Assembly: GCA_963798485.1 (NCBI GenBank)
Contig: CAWCTR010000004.1
Span: 288,001-352,000, forward strand
DNA: 64,000 bases
Direction of reading: 5' to 3'
From: an uncultured delta proteobacterium
Lineage (GTDB): Bacteria; Desulfobacterota; Desulfomonilia; UBA1062
Part shown: positions 23,212-33,655 of the stretch, piece by piece
Layout: each line of letters starts with the position of its first letter
Position numbering within the stretch: the stretch's first letter is position 1
The notes under the pieces: model-generated
The model's input: only the letters and a program-made list of their open reading frames with translations
Database searches by the model: none
Told to the model about the DNA's origin: nothing
Translations under genes and position numbers: made by a program

Positions 23212-23317
23212 TTCCTCTTCAATCTATAAAGGCCCCCAACTGTATAATAGGCTATTGACTTTATCAATACTTTTTTGGCATCTTATCGGCTTATTTCTTG
23301 AATCTGGGAGAGAATAC

Positions 23318-24208
23318 ATGGATACCCTCAATAACATTGAAGTGCCATCCGGAAAGAAATTGGGAAGCGGTAAGGTCAGGGAGATATTCGCAGCAGGCGA
23401 TGAACATCTTCTTATCGTCACCACCGACCGGATTTCCGCCTTTGACGTGATCCTGCCCGACCCTATCCCAGCAAAAGGCCGTGTCTTAAATCAGCTTTCG
23501 TTGTTCTGGTTTGAAAAGGGGTCATCCATCATCAAAAACCACGTGGTAACTTTCGATGTAAACGCATACCCGGAGCCATTTAAGGGCGACACACGTTTGC
23601 ACGGCAGGTCCATGCTGGTAAAGAAAACCAGACCACTGCCCGTGGAATGCATCGTAAGGGGCTACCTCTCCGGATCGGGTTGGAAAGAGTATCTTAATGG
23701 CGGGTCCGTGTCCGGGATAAAGCTCCCTGCTTCACTGAAAGAATCAGACCGTTTGCCTGAACCGATCTTCACGCCCTCCACCAAGGCCGAAATCGGCCAG
23801 CATGACCTCAACATCGATATGAAGGCCGCCGGTGACCTCGTGGGACACGACCTTATAGAAAGGGTAAAGAGCGTATCCCTTTCCACCTACTCCATGGCCG
23901 CGGCCCATGCATTGGAAAAAGGGATCATCATTGCTGATACGAAATTCGAGTTTGGACTTATGGATGGCGAGCTCATCTGGATCGACGAGGCCCTCACGCC
24001 TGACTCTTCCAGGTTCTGGCCGGCCGATGCATATAAACCCGGCGGGGCGCAGCCGAGCTTTGACAAGCAGTTCGTGCGAGACTACCTGGAGACGCTGGAC
24101 TGGAACAAGACCGCGCCAGGGCCGAGCCTGCCCCAGGACATTATCCAAAAGACCTCTCAGAAGTACATTGCCGCCTATGAGCAACTGACCGGGAAAGTAT
24201 TTGCATAA
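23318..24208 (+). CDS. purC: SAICAR synthase
   Basis: [37 protein letters not shown]; ATG 23318 with GGGAG SD. Confidence 0.95.
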   Translation: MDTLNNIEVPSGKKLGSGKVREIFAAGDEHLLIVTTDRISAFDVILPDPIPAKGRVLNQLSLFWFEKGSSIIKNHVVTFDVNAYPEPFKGDTRLHGRSMLVKKTRPLPVECIVRGYLSGSGWKEYLNGGSVSGIKLPASLKESDRLPEPIFTPSTKAEIGQHDLNIDMKAAGDLVGHDLIERVKSVSLSTYSMAAAHALEKGIIIADTKFEFGLMDGELIWIDEALTPDSSRFWPADAYKPGGAQPSFDKQFVRDYLETLDWNKTAPGPSLPQDIIQKTSQKYIAAYEQLTGKVFA

Positions 24209-24260
24209 GATCCGGTTCACATTTCAACGAACGATCCCGCATTAGAGACAACTATGTAAT

Positions 24261-24513
24261 AAAAACCACCACCTTAAAAGGCGGCGGTTTTTTGAAGAAG
24301 GAGGATGGTATGTCTTTGATGCCGGAGGTCTTACCTTTCTAAAGAGGAGATGCCGGGGGTACCGAACAACAGGACTGCGCGGCTCACTTTTTTTAGTTTC
24401 ATCATTTAACCTAATGGTTGATTAGCCCGCTTAGGTATCCGTTCCTTCGAGTACCCCAGCTGTTCTCCCTAAGAAAGGTATCGGCAATTATGTCGATTGC
24501 TTAAGGTGGTTTC
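24261..24513 (-). ncRNA. Candidate structured non-coding RNA (long nested hairpin + intrinsic terminator)
   Basis: Nested complementary segments; G-U wobbles form only on the minus strand; terminator at 24261-24293. Confidence 0.5.
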
Positions 24514-24557
24514 TTTAAAAAAACTGCATGATCTTCAGGAAGGAGATCTTTTGGCCG

Positions 24558-25244
24558 TCATCTCACGGTCTTGTAATCGCCTTGGGTAGTCAGGAGATTG
24601 TTCACCCAGTTCCGGGCAGACGCCGATACCTCACCGAAGGGTATCGGGTGCCCGGTCATCAGGTCCACCAAATGCTTCAGTATGCGTGCCGTGGCGCCCC
24701 ATACCACACCGCCCTCAATCTCGATGAAATAGATATTGATACCTTTACCCCGGAAGGTTGTCCTTTCCGCCATCCAGGCCGATTCGCTCATGGCCTTTCT
24801 CAGGGGCACCAGCAGGAGGATCTCGGATTCGCTGTTTATCCGGAAGTCGTATGGATACGGAATGGTTCCAACCACCGGTGTGATGTGAAACCCGACAATG
24901 GAGATATGGTCATCCAGCAGACCCAGGACGTCCACATCTTCCCGGCTGAGACCTATCTCTTCTTCGGCCTCCCGCAGTGCTGTCTGCACTAAACCCTTAT
25001 CGCTTGACTCAACCCTTCCACCCGGGAAGCAGATCTCGCCCTTGTGGTGTTCCACGTCCATGGAGCGCATGGTGACAACCACCTGGGGTTCACCATCCTT
25101 CCAGCACAGGGGCAGCAGGACGGCAGACTCCTTGAGGTCTTCTTGGGGGATGATCCGTCTCTTGTGCTGCGACAGGATGGTTCGAATGTATTCTTTCAAT
25201 CCCGGCTCATCACCGAGAAGCTCATTAATAACGGTATCGTGCAT
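24558..25244 (-). CDS. CoA pyrophosphatase (Nudix, NudL-like)
   Basis: HKGEICFPGGR + Nudix box ALREAEEEIG, VWGATA. Confidence 0.88.
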   Translation of the reverse strand: MHDTVINELLGDEPGLKEYIRTILSQHKRRIIPQEDLKESAVLLPLCWKDGEPQVVVTMRSMDVEHHKGEICFPGGRVESSDKGLVQTALREAEEEIGLSREDVDVLGLLDDHISIVGFHITPVVGTIPYPYDFRINSESEILLLVPLRKAMSESAWMAERTTFRGKGINIYFIEIEGGVVWGATARILKHLVDLMTGHPIPFGEVSASARNWVNNLLTTQGDYKTVR

Positions 25245-25321
25245 GGATGATTATGTTACCACAAAGACCTTGCCATGAACAGGCTTGACCATCAAAGGAC
25301 TTGCTGTATATGATACCATAC

Positions 25322-25909
25322 ATGAGAAACAAAGGTTCCATCAAGAACTACATTGTCCTCATCAGAGACTTGGTGAGCGATGTGGATATCCTCCTGGATG
25401 ACGATATTGAGCACGATTCGTCGCACAGGTGGAAGGAACGTGCTGCGATCATCTTGGGAAAGATCCTCGGCAGGGATCACACCTATGTAAGGCAATTCGA
25501 GAAGATCGAGTTCAGCACGCCATTCTTCGACGATTTTGATGAGTTCATGGAGGAGGACACCTTCCGTCTCGCACTGGAGGATGCCAGATCATTCCTCATC
25601 TCGCTCATAGACGAACTCGAGAGCGAGCACAACTGCACACCCGGCCTCATGGACATGGAAAGCCTGTTCGCTGAGATGAACCGGTATGTCCTTGCGCGGG
25701 TGGGGGACCCGAAGACACGCTCAAGCCTCCACAACCGGATCACCAGGCTGAGAAACGGCATGATGTCGGGCGAGATCTCGGGTGATGAGGTGCGGTATCA
25801 CATGGAGCACATCGGATTCCTTGATTCCGGGCTCTATGAGCGCATTGTACCGCTTGTGACATGGTATTACATTCAAGGGGCAGGTCTTAAAGGGGCACAC
25901 AACAACTAA
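25322..25909 (+). CDS. Hypothetical protein
   Basis: Fills the gap upstream of purH; promoter-like TTGACC..TATGAT ends 7 nt before the ATG (possibly leaderless). Confidence 0.7.
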   Translation: MRNKGSIKNYIVLIRDLVSDVDILLDDDIEHDSSHRWKERAAIILGKILGRDHTYVRQFEKIEFSTPFFDDFDEFMEEDTFRLALEDARSFLISLIDELESEHNCTPGLMDMESLFAEMNRYVLARVGDPKTRSSLHNRITRLRNGMMSGEISGDEVRYHMEHIGFLDSGLYERIVPLVTWYYIQGAGLKGAHNN

Positions 25910-25960
25910 CCCGGCTCACGCCTCCCTTATACATTCATTATTCCAAGGAAAGGAGTTCAC

Positions 25961-27532
25961 ATGGCAAAAATCACAAGGGTCCTTGTGAGCGTAACGGACA
26001 AGACGGGTATTGTAGATTTCATGAAAGAGCTCGCCCCATTCGGCGTGGAGATCATCTCCACCGGGGGTACGGCCAAGACGCTTCATAACAGCGGCATCAA
26101 GGTGGTTGACATCTCCGAGTACACGGGCTTTCCCGAGATGATGGACGGCAGGCTCAAGACCCTGCATCCCCTTGTGCACGGCGGCATGCTGGCCATCCGC
26201 GACAATGCCGAGCATGTCGCGGCGATGAAAAAGCACGGCATCAAGCCCATTGATATGCTCGTGGTCAACCTATACCGTTTCGAGGAGACGATTGCCAAGG
26301 GCGCATCGCTGGACGAGGCCATCGAGAATATCGACATCGGCGGGCCTGCCATGGTGAGGGCAGCCTCCAAGAACTACAAGTATGTGTCCGTAGTGACCGA
26401 CACCGCCAACTATGCAAAGATCATCGCCGAGATGAAACAGTCCGGCGGCTCAGTGAGCGAGAAGACCAACTTCGAGCTCGCCAGGGACGCCTTCTCGCTG
26501 ACCGCGCGTTATGATGCCGCCATCTCCAACTACCTCCAGGGCATTGATGTCGAGGAAGGACAGTTCCCGCTCACCTACACCGTCCAGTACAAACGCTCTC
26601 AGATCATGCGTTATGGTGAAAATCCCCACCAGAAGGCCGCCTTCTACAGCGAGCCCAATGTGGACCAGCCCTCCATATCCAGCGCGGACCAGCTCTGGGG
26701 CAAGGAGCTCTCATACAACAATATCATGGACTCCGATGCGGCCCTTGACCTCATCATGGAATTCGATAAGCCTGCGTGCGTGATCCTCAAGCACTCCAAC
26801 CCCTGCGGGGCTGCACAATCGACAAGCTCGCTGGCCGAGGCATACCGTAAGGCCCTGGCCGTGGACACTACATCGGCCTTCGGCGGCATTGTGGGACTGA
26901 ACCGGGTCGTGGATGTGGACACGGCCAAGGCCATCGGGGAGATCTTCACCGAGGTTGTGGTGGCGCCAGGATATACCCCTGAGGCCCTTGCCCTTCTTGA
27001 GGCGAAGAAGAATATCCGCTTACTGAAGGTCCCGGATATTGCCCAGGGGATAAAGGCGAAAAAGCAGATGCTCTCCTCACGGAGGGTAACCGGTGGCCTG
27101 CTCCTCCAGGAACGCGACCTGGGCGACATTGACCTTGCCAAGGCCCAGGTGGTTACCAAGCGCCAACCCACCGCCCTTGAGATGGAGGCATTGAAGTTTG
27201 CATGGCGCATCGTGAAGTATGTCAAATCGAACGCGGTGATCTATGCCACCGCCGACCAGCTTGTCGGTGTGGGCGCAGGCCAGATGAGCCGGGTGGACTC
27301 GTCGAAGCTGGCCATCATCAAGGCTGCCAACGCCGGTTTGTCCACCAAGGGTACGGTTGTGGCGTCCGATGCCTTCTTCCCCTTCCGTGACGGCATCGAC
27401 GAGGCCGCCAAGGCCGGCGCTACGGCTGTTGTGCAGCCGGGCGGATCAGTGCGCGACCAGGAGGTCATTGCCGCGGCAGACGAGCATGATATGGCTATGA
27501 TCTTTACCGGCATGCGCCACTTCAGACACTAG
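25961..27532 (+). CDS. purH: Bifunctional AICAR formyltransferase/IMP cyclohydrolase
   Basis: [30 protein letters not shown]-terminal RHFRH. Confidence 0.97.
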   Translation: MAKITRVLVSVTDKTGIVDFMKELAPFGVEIISTGGTAKTLHNSGIKVVDISEYTGFPEMMDGRLKTLHPLVHGGMLAIRDNAEHVAAMKKHGIKPIDMLVVNLYRFEETIAKGASLDEAIENIDIGGPAMVRAASKNYKYVSVVTDTANYAKIIAEMKQSGGSVSEKTNFELARDAFSLTARYDAAISNYLQGIDVEEGQFPLTYTVQYKRSQIMRYGENPHQKAAFYSEPNVDQPSISSADQLWGKELSYNNIMDSDAALDLIMEFDKPACVILKHSNPCGAAQSTSSLAEAYRKALAVDTTSAFGGIVGLNRVVDVDTAKAIGEIFTEVVVAPGYTPEALALLEAKKNIRLLKVPDIAQGIKAKKQMLSSRRVTGGLLLQERDLGDIDLAKAQVVTKRQPTALEMEALKFAWRIVKYVKSNAVIYATADQLVGVGAGQMSRVDSSKLAIIKAANAGLSTKGTVVASDAFFPFRDGIDEAAKAGATAVVQPGGSVRDQEVIAAADEHDMAMIFTGMRHFRH

Positions 27533-27543
27533 GGGGTATATCG

Positions 27544-28824
27544 ATGCGGGTGCTGGTGGTTGGTTCGGGCGGAAGGGAGCATACCCTGTGCTGGAAGATC
27601 GCACAAAGCAGCCTGGTGGACGAGGTGTTCTGCGCCCCGGGTAACGGTGGTATTGCGCAAAGCGCCATCTGCATCAACCTTGGGGCCGATGATATTGCAG
27701 GGCTTCTGCGGTTCGCCAAATACAATGGAATTGATCTAACCATAGTCGGCCCCGAGGCGCCTTTGACCAATGGAATTGTAGATGCCTTCCTATCAGAAGG
27801 CCTTGCCGTCTTCGGTCCGGACAAGGCTGCAGCAGCACTCGAAGGCTCCAAGTCCTTTGCCAAAGACGTGATGAAGGCTTATGATATCCCCACTGCCCAA
27901 TACGGGGTCTTCTCTGATGCCCAGGCTGCCAGCGATTATATCCGGGATGCCGGATTCAATGTGGTGGTCAAGGCCGACGGCCTGGCAGCAGGCAAGGGCG
28001 TCCTCGTGACCTCTTCAAAGGAAGAGGCCTATGCAGCCATAGATGAGGTCATGGTGAAGAGGTCTTTCGGCGATGCCGGGAACCAGGCTGTCATCGAGGA
28101 ACTGCTCGAAGGAGAGGAGGCCTCTTTCATCGCCATCTGCGACGGCGAGAACGTGCTGCCGCTCGCCTCGTCCCAGGACCACAAAAGGGTCTTAGACCAT
28201 GACAAGGGGCCCAACACGGGGGGAATGGGGGCATACTCGCCCGCTGGAATAGTGGATGATGCAATGACCAGCACTGTAATGGAAAAGATCCTTTACCCTC
28301 TGGTGGCAGGACTCAGGAGGCGGGGCATCACCTATAAGGGTGTCATTTATGCAGGCCTCATGATAACTCCATCCGGTCCGTCAGTGCTCGAGTTCAACGT
28401 GCGTATGGGCGACCCTGAAACCCAGCCTCTGCTTATGCGGTGCAAGAACGACATCGTGCCTGTGCTCCTGGAAGTGGCAAAGGGCGGGAGTATAAGAGAC
28501 TACAGGCTCGAATGGGAAGACGGTCCCGGCGTGTGCGTGGTCATGACCTCGGGCGGATACCCCGGCTCCATCGAGAAGGGCAAGATGATCAGCGGCATCG
28601 AGAATGCGGACAAGATCGAAGGGGTAAAGGTCTTTCATGCCGGCACCAGGATTCAGGGCAACGCCTTTGTCACTACCGGAGGCAGGGTACTGGGAGTGAC
28701 GGCTGTGGGGGGCGATCTGAAAGATGCCATTGCCAAGGCATACCAGGGGGTATCACTCATCTCATTTGAGAAGATGCATTACCGCAAAGATATCGGGCAC
28801 AAGGCCCTGAAGAGGTTGTCATGA
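27544..28824 (+). CDS. purD: Phosphoribosylamine--glycine ligase
   Basis: GSGGREH, KADGLAAGKG, GPNTGGMG, EFNVRMGDPE. Confidence 0.97.
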   Translation: MRVLVVGSGGREHTLCWKIAQSSLVDEVFCAPGNGGIAQSAICINLGADDIAGLLRFAKYNGIDLTIVGPEAPLTNGIVDAFLSEGLAVFGPDKAAAALEGSKSFAKDVMKAYDIPTAQYGVFSDAQAASDYIRDAGFNVVVKADGLAAGKGVLVTSSKEEAYAAIDEVMVKRSFGDAGNQAVIEELLEGEEASFIAICDGENVLPLASSQDHKRVLDHDKGPNTGGMGAYSPAGIVDDAMTSTVMEKILYPLVAGLRRRGITYKGVIYAGLMITPSGPSVLEFNVRMGDPETQPLLMRCKNDIVPVLLEVAKGGSIRDYRLEWEDGPGVCVVMTSGGYPGSIEKGKMISGIENADKIEGVKVFHAGTRIQGNAFVTTGGRVLGVTAVGGDLKDAIAKAYQGVSLISFEKMHYRKDIGHKALKRLS

Positions 28825-29309
28825 AAGTAGCTGTTCTCATGGGAAGCAAGTCAGACCTTACGGTCATGGAAGAGAGCGCGGCCACCCTGAAGCAGTTCGG
28901 GCTTGACTGCGAGATGCGTATCATGTCTGCGCACCGTACCCCTGAAGAGGTCCTGGCCTTCAGCAAGGATGCAAAGACAAACGGGTTCTCCGTTATCATC
29001 GCAGGCGCCGGCATGGCTGCGCACCTTGCAGGGGTTATTGCTGCGCACACCACGCTGCCTGTCATCGGGGTGCCCATTGCCTCTTCATCGCTTGGCGGCC
29101 TTGATGCCCTGCTCGCCATGGTGCAGATGCCCCCCGGGGTGCCGGTTGCCACCATGGGCATCGGTAAGGCAGGTGCAAAGAACGCGGCCTTGCTGGCCGT
29201 CGAGATCCTCGCGCTGAATGATGAAGCCTTAAGGAAGAGACTAGCCCAGTATCGCTCAGACATGCGCAAGACCGTGCTGGAAGAGGACGACAGCATCAAG
29301 AATTCCTGA
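28821..29309 (+). CDS. purE: N5-CAIR mutase
   Basis: MGSKSD, SAHRTP, AGMAAHL, VQMPPGVPVAT. Confidence 0.96.
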   Translation: MKVAVLMGSKSDLTVMEESAATLKQFGLDCEMRIMSAHRTPEEVLAFSKDAKTNGFSVIIAGAGMAAHLAGVIAAHTTLPVIGVPIASSSLGGLDALLAMVQMPPGVPVATMGIGKAGAKNAALLAVEILALNDEALRKRLAQYRSDMRKTVLEEDDSIKNS

Positions 29310-29360
29310 GAATTCCACAATAGTGATGTGTAAACTATGTTCGGTCTTTACACAATGAAT

Positions 29361-29398
29361 CCCTTCTCCCCTTGCGGGAGAGGGTGAGGGTGAGGGGG
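29361..29398 (+). repeat. BoxC-like intergenic palindromic repeat unit
   Basis: CCCTTCTCCCCTTGCGGGAGAGGGTGAGGGTGAGGGGG: hairpin plus purine tail. Confidence 0.6.
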
Positions 29399-29441
29399 CC
29401 GTTCTAATCCTAGCCCCACCGTTTTGGAGGAAGCTTAATCA

Positions 29442-30038
29442 ATGCTGATCACCTCAAACGCCTCTGTGCTCGCCGCGCTTATGCGCTCGAAACCGGGAAG
29501 CCTGGCGGCTTACCCCACCGAGACCTTCTACGGGCTGGGGGTTCTCATAAACAGCAGAGATGGTCTGGACAGGATCATCACTGTCAAGGGCCGGGACGCT
29601 GCCAAGGGCATGATCGTGTTGGTATCGGACATGACCATGGCATCATGCATCGCGGTCATCGACAATGATCAAAAGAAGCTCCTCGAAATTCTCTGGCCCG
29701 GACCCGTGAGCGTTGTTCTGGAGGCGAAACAGGACATTGATCCCCTGCTTGCGCCGGACGGCAAGGTGGCGCTGCGCATCTCGCCTGATATACTGGCTAC
29801 CTCTCTGGTTGAATTAGTGGGGCCTATCACCTCCACATCGGCCAACAGATCAGGCGAACCTCCTGCCCGCACAGCGCATGAGGTGGCAGGCATGGGTCTT
29901 GCCATCGACGCCATTTTAGATGGGGGCGAGACACCGGGAGGCAAACCCTCCACCCTCATCGATCTCACGACCTGGCCGCCTGAGTGCCTGAGGGAAGGGG
30001 CAGTAACATTTCAAGAGATCCTCGCCCACTGTTCATAA
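29442..30038 (+). CDS. tsaC: L-threonylcarbamoyladenylate synthase (YrdC/Sua5)
   Basis: YPTETFYGLG, KGR, WPGP, TSTSANRSG. Confidence 0.9.
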   Translation: MLITSNASVLAALMRSKPGSLAAYPTETFYGLGVLINSRDGLDRIITVKGRDAAKGMIVLVSDMTMASCIAVIDNDQKKLLEILWPGPVSVVLEAKQDIDPLLAPDGKVALRISPDILATSLVELVGPITSTSANRSGEPPARTAHEVAGMGLAIDAILDGGETPGGKPSTLIDLTTWPPECLREGAVTFQEILAHCS

Positions 30039-30148
30039 AATGATGTTAGCTCTGGATTCAACGTACAATAATGTAACAACAATTACAATATTGCACATAA
30101 TTATAGGTAAATGAACTATCAATGCAATGTATTTATTGAGAATATACT

Positions 30149-30165
30149 TTGGCATATATTTTGTA
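30149..30165 (+). promoter_or_regulatory. sigma54-like promoter with upstream TGT-N10-ACA
   Basis: TTGGCATATATTTTGTA; TGTAACAACAATTACA at 30072-30087. Confidence 0.5.
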
Positions 30166-30326
30166 TAATATTAATTAAGGTCATTAATTGTTAATTGCAG
30201 AATTCGCCATACAGAACTTCTTAATAGTCTAAGTTGCTACATTTAATAATGATCTGCTTGAGTTATGGTGTTAGGTCAAAGATAACAGATACATTATTTT
30301 TTATGGGGAGAAAAGGGGGGAGTATC

Positions 30327-30530
30327 ATGGATCTTATGGAATTGAAACCTGCCAAACCCAATGTCGATCATACAAAGATTAAGGTTTTCAATCTGATAAC
30401 CCAATGCATACGGGATATCGAAAAGACGGTAAATTCATCTGGTCTGGCAATGAGAGAAGTCGGTGTTGACGTTGAAAAATATATGACTGTTAGAGAATCA
30501 TACATTATAGAGCTTAAATTGCGTATGTGA
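30327..30530 (+). CDS. Small hypothetical protein (67 aa)
   Basis: ATG after GGGGGAG SD, downstream of the sigma54-like promoter. Confidence 0.55.
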   Translation: MDLMELKPAKPNVDHTKIKVFNLITQCIRDIEKTVNSSGLAMREVGVDVEKYMTVRESYIIELKLRM

Positions 30531-30665
30531 CACAAGATATTATCGATTTCCCTTTCCGTGCTTTTCTTTTTGAGTCTCATCAGATTGCCGACAGTTTAGT
30601 CTACGAAGCTGTCATATTCGATTTTACCGGTCAGTTGAGTGCAGGGATGTATGCCACGCACATAC

Positions 30666-31838
30666 TTATATGCGCTCAAAGATTGTGGCCGGGGCCTGTC
30701 CTCCGCCGGTGCAGAGCGTAACCAGGGCGTAGTTCCCCTTGCGGCGCAACAGTTCATGGATTGCGGTGACGCTCAGCCTGCAACCGCTGTTGCCGACCGG
30801 GTGGCCCAGGGCAAGCGCCCCGCCGTTTACGTTGAGCTTGTCCATGTCGGCATTGAGCTCCTTTGCCCAGGCCAGTGGTATGGGTGCGAAGGCCTCGTTG
30901 ACCTCGAAGAGGTCGATGTCATTCATGGTAAGACCTGCTTTGGCGAGTACCTTAGGTGTTACGGTGATGGGGCCGGTAAGCATGAGCTTGGGGTCAGAAC
31001 CCACCACGGCGCTGGCCACAACCCGCGCCAGGGGGATGAGGCCAAGCTGGTTCACCTTTTCGCCGCTCATAAGGACCACGGCTGATGCGCCGTCGGTAAC
31101 TGTGCTGGAGAGCCCGGCAGTCATCCAGTCGGTCCCGGGAAGCACCTTCAGCGAGTCCAAAGCCTCCCGTGTAGTTCCTGGACGTATCGGTTCATCGTTA
31201 ATGCATTCGATCCTGTTGCCGTCCTTGTCGAGCCCGGAGACAGTCATGATTTCATCCTTGAAGCGGCCCTCAATGGTGGCCCTATGGGCCTTTGTGTGGC
31301 TGGCAACGGCGAAATCCTGGCACTCTTCCTTTGTGATATTCCACTGGCGCGCGATGGCCTGTGCTGCATCGATCTGGCTGGGGATGCCGTATTTGTTCAG
31401 GTAGAATGTACCGATGGGGTGCCCGGCGTTCTGTCCATTGGCCAGGGTGCAGTTCATATCTGATGCGATGCCGTACTTTGACATGATCTCGCAGCCGCTG
31501 GCTATTACCACGTCATGAGTGCCCGATGCAATCATAGCTGCGGCGATCTGGATCGCCGACAGGCTGCTGCCGCACTGGCGGTTCACGGTGATGCCGCCTA
31601 GGGTCTCCGGCAGATTTGATGCCAGGACGGCCATGCGTGCAAGGTTAAACCCCTGTTCCCCGATCTGATAGACGCATCCGGTAATGACATCATCAACCTC
31701 TTTGGCGTCAAGCTTTATGCTGTTTACAGACTCGTCAAGGACACAGGCCAGGAGCTCCGGAGCCATGTATTCACGGAAATATCCTCTCTGCCTGCCCACT
31801 GCTGTTCTGATAGCGCTGACGATAAATACGTCTTTCAT
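30666..31838 (-). CDS. Acetyl-CoA C-acyltransferase (thiolase)
   Basis: NRQCGSS, NEAF, GHPVG, CTGGG. Confidence 0.92.
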   Translation of the reverse strand: MKDVFIVSAIRTAVGRQRGYFREYMAPELLACVLDESVNSIKLDAKEVDDVITGCVYQIGEQGFNLARMAVLASNLPETLGGITVNRQCGSSLSAIQIAAAMIASGTHDVVIASGCEIMSKYGIASDMNCTLANGQNAGHPIGTFYLNKYGIPSQIDAAQAIARQWNITKEECQDFAVASHTKAHRATIEGRFKDEIMTVSGLDKDGNRIECINDEPIRPGTTREALDSLKVLPGTDWMTAGLSSTVTDGASAVVLMSGEKVNQLGLIPLARVVASAVVGSDPKLMLTGPITVTPKVLAKAGLTMNDIDLFEVNEAFAPIPLAWAKELNADMDKLNVNGGALALGHPVGNSGCRLSVTAIHELLRRKGNYALVTLCTGGGQAPATIFERI

Positions 31839-31928
31839 GAGAAACCTCCCCATTTATTTATTATGTAACCCGATTCTTTCAGTAGAAGATCGATCCCAAG
31901 CAGTATTGAGGATATCAAAAGCTGATCT

Positions 31929-33479
31929 CTACTTCCCTAATTGCTCCTTCAGCTCCCGTTTCAAGATTTTACCCGAGGGGTTCTTGGGGAGTTTGTCGGT
32001 AATGAGGATCTTTTTGGGACATTTAAAACCTGCCAGGTGTTCTTTGCAGTAGGCGATAAGTTCCTTTTCAGTTATGGATACACCCTTTTTCGGTATGACC
32101 ACGGCCGCTACGACCTCGATCCATTTGGGGTCCGCAAGCCCGATGACGGCAACCTCTTCTATACCAGGATACTGGTACAGGATTTCTTCGACTTCCCGTG
32201 ACGCGACGTTTTCCCCGCCTGTCTTGATCATGTCCTTCTTGCGGTCCACCACATAAAGATACCCGTCCTCGTCGAACCGGCCAAGGTCGCCGCTATGGAA
32301 CCAGCCAAAGCTGAAGGCATCTTCCGTTTTCTCGGAATCGTTGAGGTATCCCGTCATGACGTGGCCCGAGCGGTGTACAATCTCTCCGACAGTGCCCAAT
32401 GGGACGAAATTCCCGTCATCGTCCATCAGCCGGGTTTCAACGTTGAGCACGGGTTTTCCTGCAGAGCCGGGTTTCAAGAGCTGGTCTTCGGGCTTCAGGA
32501 TGGTTGCAACCGGGCCCATCTCGGTCTGGCCGTAGTAGTTCCAGAGCTTCAGCCCTCGGAAGGTGACGGAAAGCTGCTTGATGATCTCAACCGGCATAAT
32601 GCTGGCGCCGTAGGCCGCCTTTTTAAGGCTGTTGTGGTTATAGTTCTTGAATTCCTGGTGATTCAAAATTCCGATCCAGACCGTCGGCGGGGCAAACATG
32701 TGGGTGATCTGATATTTTTCAATCAATCTGATCATTTCAAAGGGGTCTGCCTTGTGCATGATCACATTGGTGGCCCCGATATACAGATACGGCATGAGGA
32801 AGCAATGGAGCTGGGCGCAGTGGAAAAGGGGCAGGGCATGCAGGCTCACATCGTAGGTGTCGTATTGGCCGTCGAAAATACAGCTGTGGTACTGCGACAT
32901 GAGTGCCCTGTGCGAGAGCATCGCCCCCTTGGGCTTTGATTCCGTGCCGCTGGTGTAAGGGATCTGGACGATGTCTTCTGCGCTGACTTCGACCCGGGGT
33001 TCATCCAAGGACATGTTCTCCATTTCCGTTATCAGGTTGAAAAAACCGTCGGGAACCATGGAATCACCTAATGGTATGAAGCCCCACTTTTCCACACTGG
33101 TGAATTTTGCCTGGGACTGAGCAATGATCGGGTAGAGGGCGTCCTCGACGATGAAGACCCTCGAACCCGAGTGGTTTATAATATAAGCGATCTCCTCTGC
33201 ATTCAGCATATAGTTGATGGGGACCTGGATTGCACCGATCTTGGCCAGCCCGATCATACTGATTGGATAATAATGGGAGTTGTATGCATAGACCGCGACC
33301 CGGTCGCCTTTTTTGACCCCATACGTTGTCATGAGATTGGCAAAGCGCCTAGCCTCCCGCTCGAGATCAAAAAAGGAGAGCTTCAAGTCACGGAAGATGA
33401 TGGCGGTCCTATCGCCGTATTTGGTAGCCGCCCTTCTGGCCATATCGCCGATCGTATCCCTGTTGATGATATTACTCAT
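31929..33479 (-). CDS. Fatty acyl-CoA synthetase
   Basis: YTSGTESKPKG, YGQTE, FHSGD, DRKKDMIKTGGEN. Confidence 0.92.
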   Translation of the reverse strand: MSNIINRDTIGDMARRAATKYGDRTAIIFRDLKLSFFDLEREARRFANLMTTYGVKKGDRVAVYAYNSHYYPISMIGLAKIGAIQVPINYMLNAEEIAYIINHSGSRVFIVEDALYPIIAQSQAKFTSVEKWGFIPLGDSMVPDGFFNLITEMENMSLDEPRVEVSAEDIVQIPYTSGTESKPKGAMLSHRALMSQYHSCIFDGQYDTYDVSLHALPLFHCAQLHCFLMPYLYIGATNVIMHKADPFEMIRLIEKYQITHMFAPPTVWIGILNHQEFKNYNHNSLKKAAYGASIMPVEIIKQLSVTFRGLKLWNYYGQTEMGPVATILKPEDQLLKPGSAGKPVLNVETRLMDDDGNFVPLGTVGEIVHRSGHVMTGYLNDSEKTEDAFSFGWFHSGDLGRFDEDGYLYVVDRKKDMIKTGGENVASREVEEILYQYPGIEEVAVIGLADPKWIEVVAAVVIPKKGVSITEKELIAYCKEHLAGFKCPKKILITDKLPKNPSGKILKRELKEQLGK

Positions 33480-33537
33480 TGCTTCATCTCCTCTTATTAT
33501 AGGGCTCAATCCGGGCCGTCATTTTCTGGGAAGATGA

Positions 33538-33566
33538 ATTATAACGAACTTTGACCGGAGAGTCAA
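33538..33566 (-). promoter_or_regulatory. sigma70 promoter overlapped by a palindromic operator
   Basis: TTGACT-17 nt-TATAAT; TTGAC-N6-GTCAA at 33551-33566. Confidence 0.7.
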
Positions 33567-33655
33567 TTTATTGGGGAGAGATTTGTTTATTCCACAGGAT
33601 GCAAGACCTCCCAGTCAAATGCCCATATTAACTAATAAAGGGTGTAAGCCCCGTT

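Noticed and set aside
25910-25960. ZTP riboswitch before purH
   Set aside because: The spacer is only 51 nt and lacks the motif.
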